Assembly (NCBI GenBank): GCA_947476215.1
Contig: CANJQI010000006.1
Span: 1 to 60,343 of the forward strand
Direction: 5' to 3'
DNA: 60,343 nt
Source: Betaproteobacteria bacterium
Lineage (GTDB): Bacteria; Pseudomonadota; Gammaproteobacteria; Burkholderiales; SG8-41
The position numbers were made by a program, and so were the translations under genes. The notes below the pieces were generated by a model. That model saw only the letters and a list, made by a program, of their open reading frames with translations, was not told the origin of the DNA and made no database searches. Below, one piece after another: positions 59,452-60,343 of this stretch. Position 1 is the first letter of the stretch. Each line of letters opens with the position of its first letter.

Positions 59452-60343
59452 TCACAGACGCTTCATGAATACCTGCGAACGGCGCTGATAGTTATACAGG
59501 TCCTGTCTGCGGCGCGGCAATTCATTCACCGGCACCTCGTTGAATCCCCGCTCCACAAACCAGTGTCCGGTTCTTGTGGTCAGCAGAAACAGCCGCTTCA
59601 CCTTGCGCTTGCGTGCCCGCGCTTCAATCGCCTGCACCAGCCGTTCGCCGGCTCCGGCGCGACGATGATCCGGATGTACAACCAGGCCCGCGAGCTCTGC
59701 GGTGCCATCGTCGAACTGATAGAGCGCGGCACATCCAACGATGACTCGATCGTGTTCGAGCACGTAAAAGCGGTCTATCTCCATCTCCAGCAGATCGCGC
59801 CCGCGCTTGACCAAAGTGCCGTCGGCCTCAAGCGGCTCAAGGAGCTGCAGTATGGCGCCTATGTCCTCAATGCGCGCCGGACGCAGTTTTTCAAGCGGAT
59901 CCTGCGTCACCATGGTGCCGACACCGCGATGCGTAAACAGTTCAAGCAGCATCCCGCCGTCCACATGGCGCGACAACAAATGTGCGCGCTTGACGCCCGC
60001 CCGGCACGCGGCCACGGCACGCGGCAGATACAGCTTCACGTCGTCCGACAAGTTCAGATTTCGCGCAATCAGCCTGTCGGCTTCAGTGCACGTCAGCTCG
60101 CGTTTCAGTTCCGCGCGCTTGCCCGTCGTGACACCCGCGTCTGCCATCAGAAAGATCAGTTTCTCCGCACCGAGCGCTATGGCGATCGAAGCGGCCACGT
60201 CCTCGAGCGCAAGGTTGAATATCTCGCCCGTCGGTGAATATCCGAGCGGCGAGAGCAGCACCAGTTCGTTATGATCGAGACGATCGCGAATGCCCACTGC
60301 GTCGATCTAGCGAACTTCGCCGGTATGCAGAAAGTCCGTGCCG
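59452..60343 (-). CDS. argA: Amino-acid N-acetyltransferase (N-acetylglutamate synthase), 5' truncated by the window edge; in-frame TAG at 60307-60309
   Basis: SPLGYSPTGEIFN, LLELFTHRGVGTM, GNAT LTTRTGHWFVERGF, YNYQRRS; homology continues upstream through the stop (GTDFLHTGEVR*IDAVGIR). Confidence 0.9.

Noticed and set aside
43398-60309. Stop-codon reassignment or pyrrolysine/selenocysteine to explain in-frame TAG and TGA in the aminotransferase and argA
   Set aside because: TAG and TGA end many intact genes here (metK, ZIP and DUF427 use TAG; cusA and hslU use TGA), and the aminotransferase also carries a frameshift

Overview
GC-rich chromosomal region of a betaproteobacterium, inferred from three Bug/TctC paralogues, an SAH riboswitch and the lpxL-dapF-DUF484-xerC-rlmI and hslVU gene order. 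The housekeeping backbone is hslUV, rlmI, xerC, dapF, lpxL, metK, SAH riboswitch-ahcY-metF, ttcA, folM-like, cca, slt, ilvA, rpiA, ppx, sixA, ppk1, yggX and argA (partial). Four accessory blocks are interleaved. (1) Metal homeostasis: cusCBA-type RND, CDF, His-tailed DMT, porin plus metal ABC with no ATPase, and ZIP; two of these operons start with small signal-peptide-bearing ORFs with Cys/His motifs and Pro-rich or RGPP C-termini, which are candidate metal-sensing ribosome-arrest leaders. (2) An HAE1 RND efflux operon. (3) An unexplained signalling cluster: two exported CsgG/FlgT-like proteins, a transmembrane Ser/Thr kinase with an FlgT/CsgG-like ectodomain, and a convergent adenylate cyclase-FHA protein. 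(4) A decayed alanine-glyoxylate aminotransferase pseudogene. Intergenic regions hold heptamer tandem repeats and repeat-armed inverted-repeat elements. No rRNA, tRNA, CRISPR or transposase was seen. All family assignments come from motif recognition by eye, not database searches.
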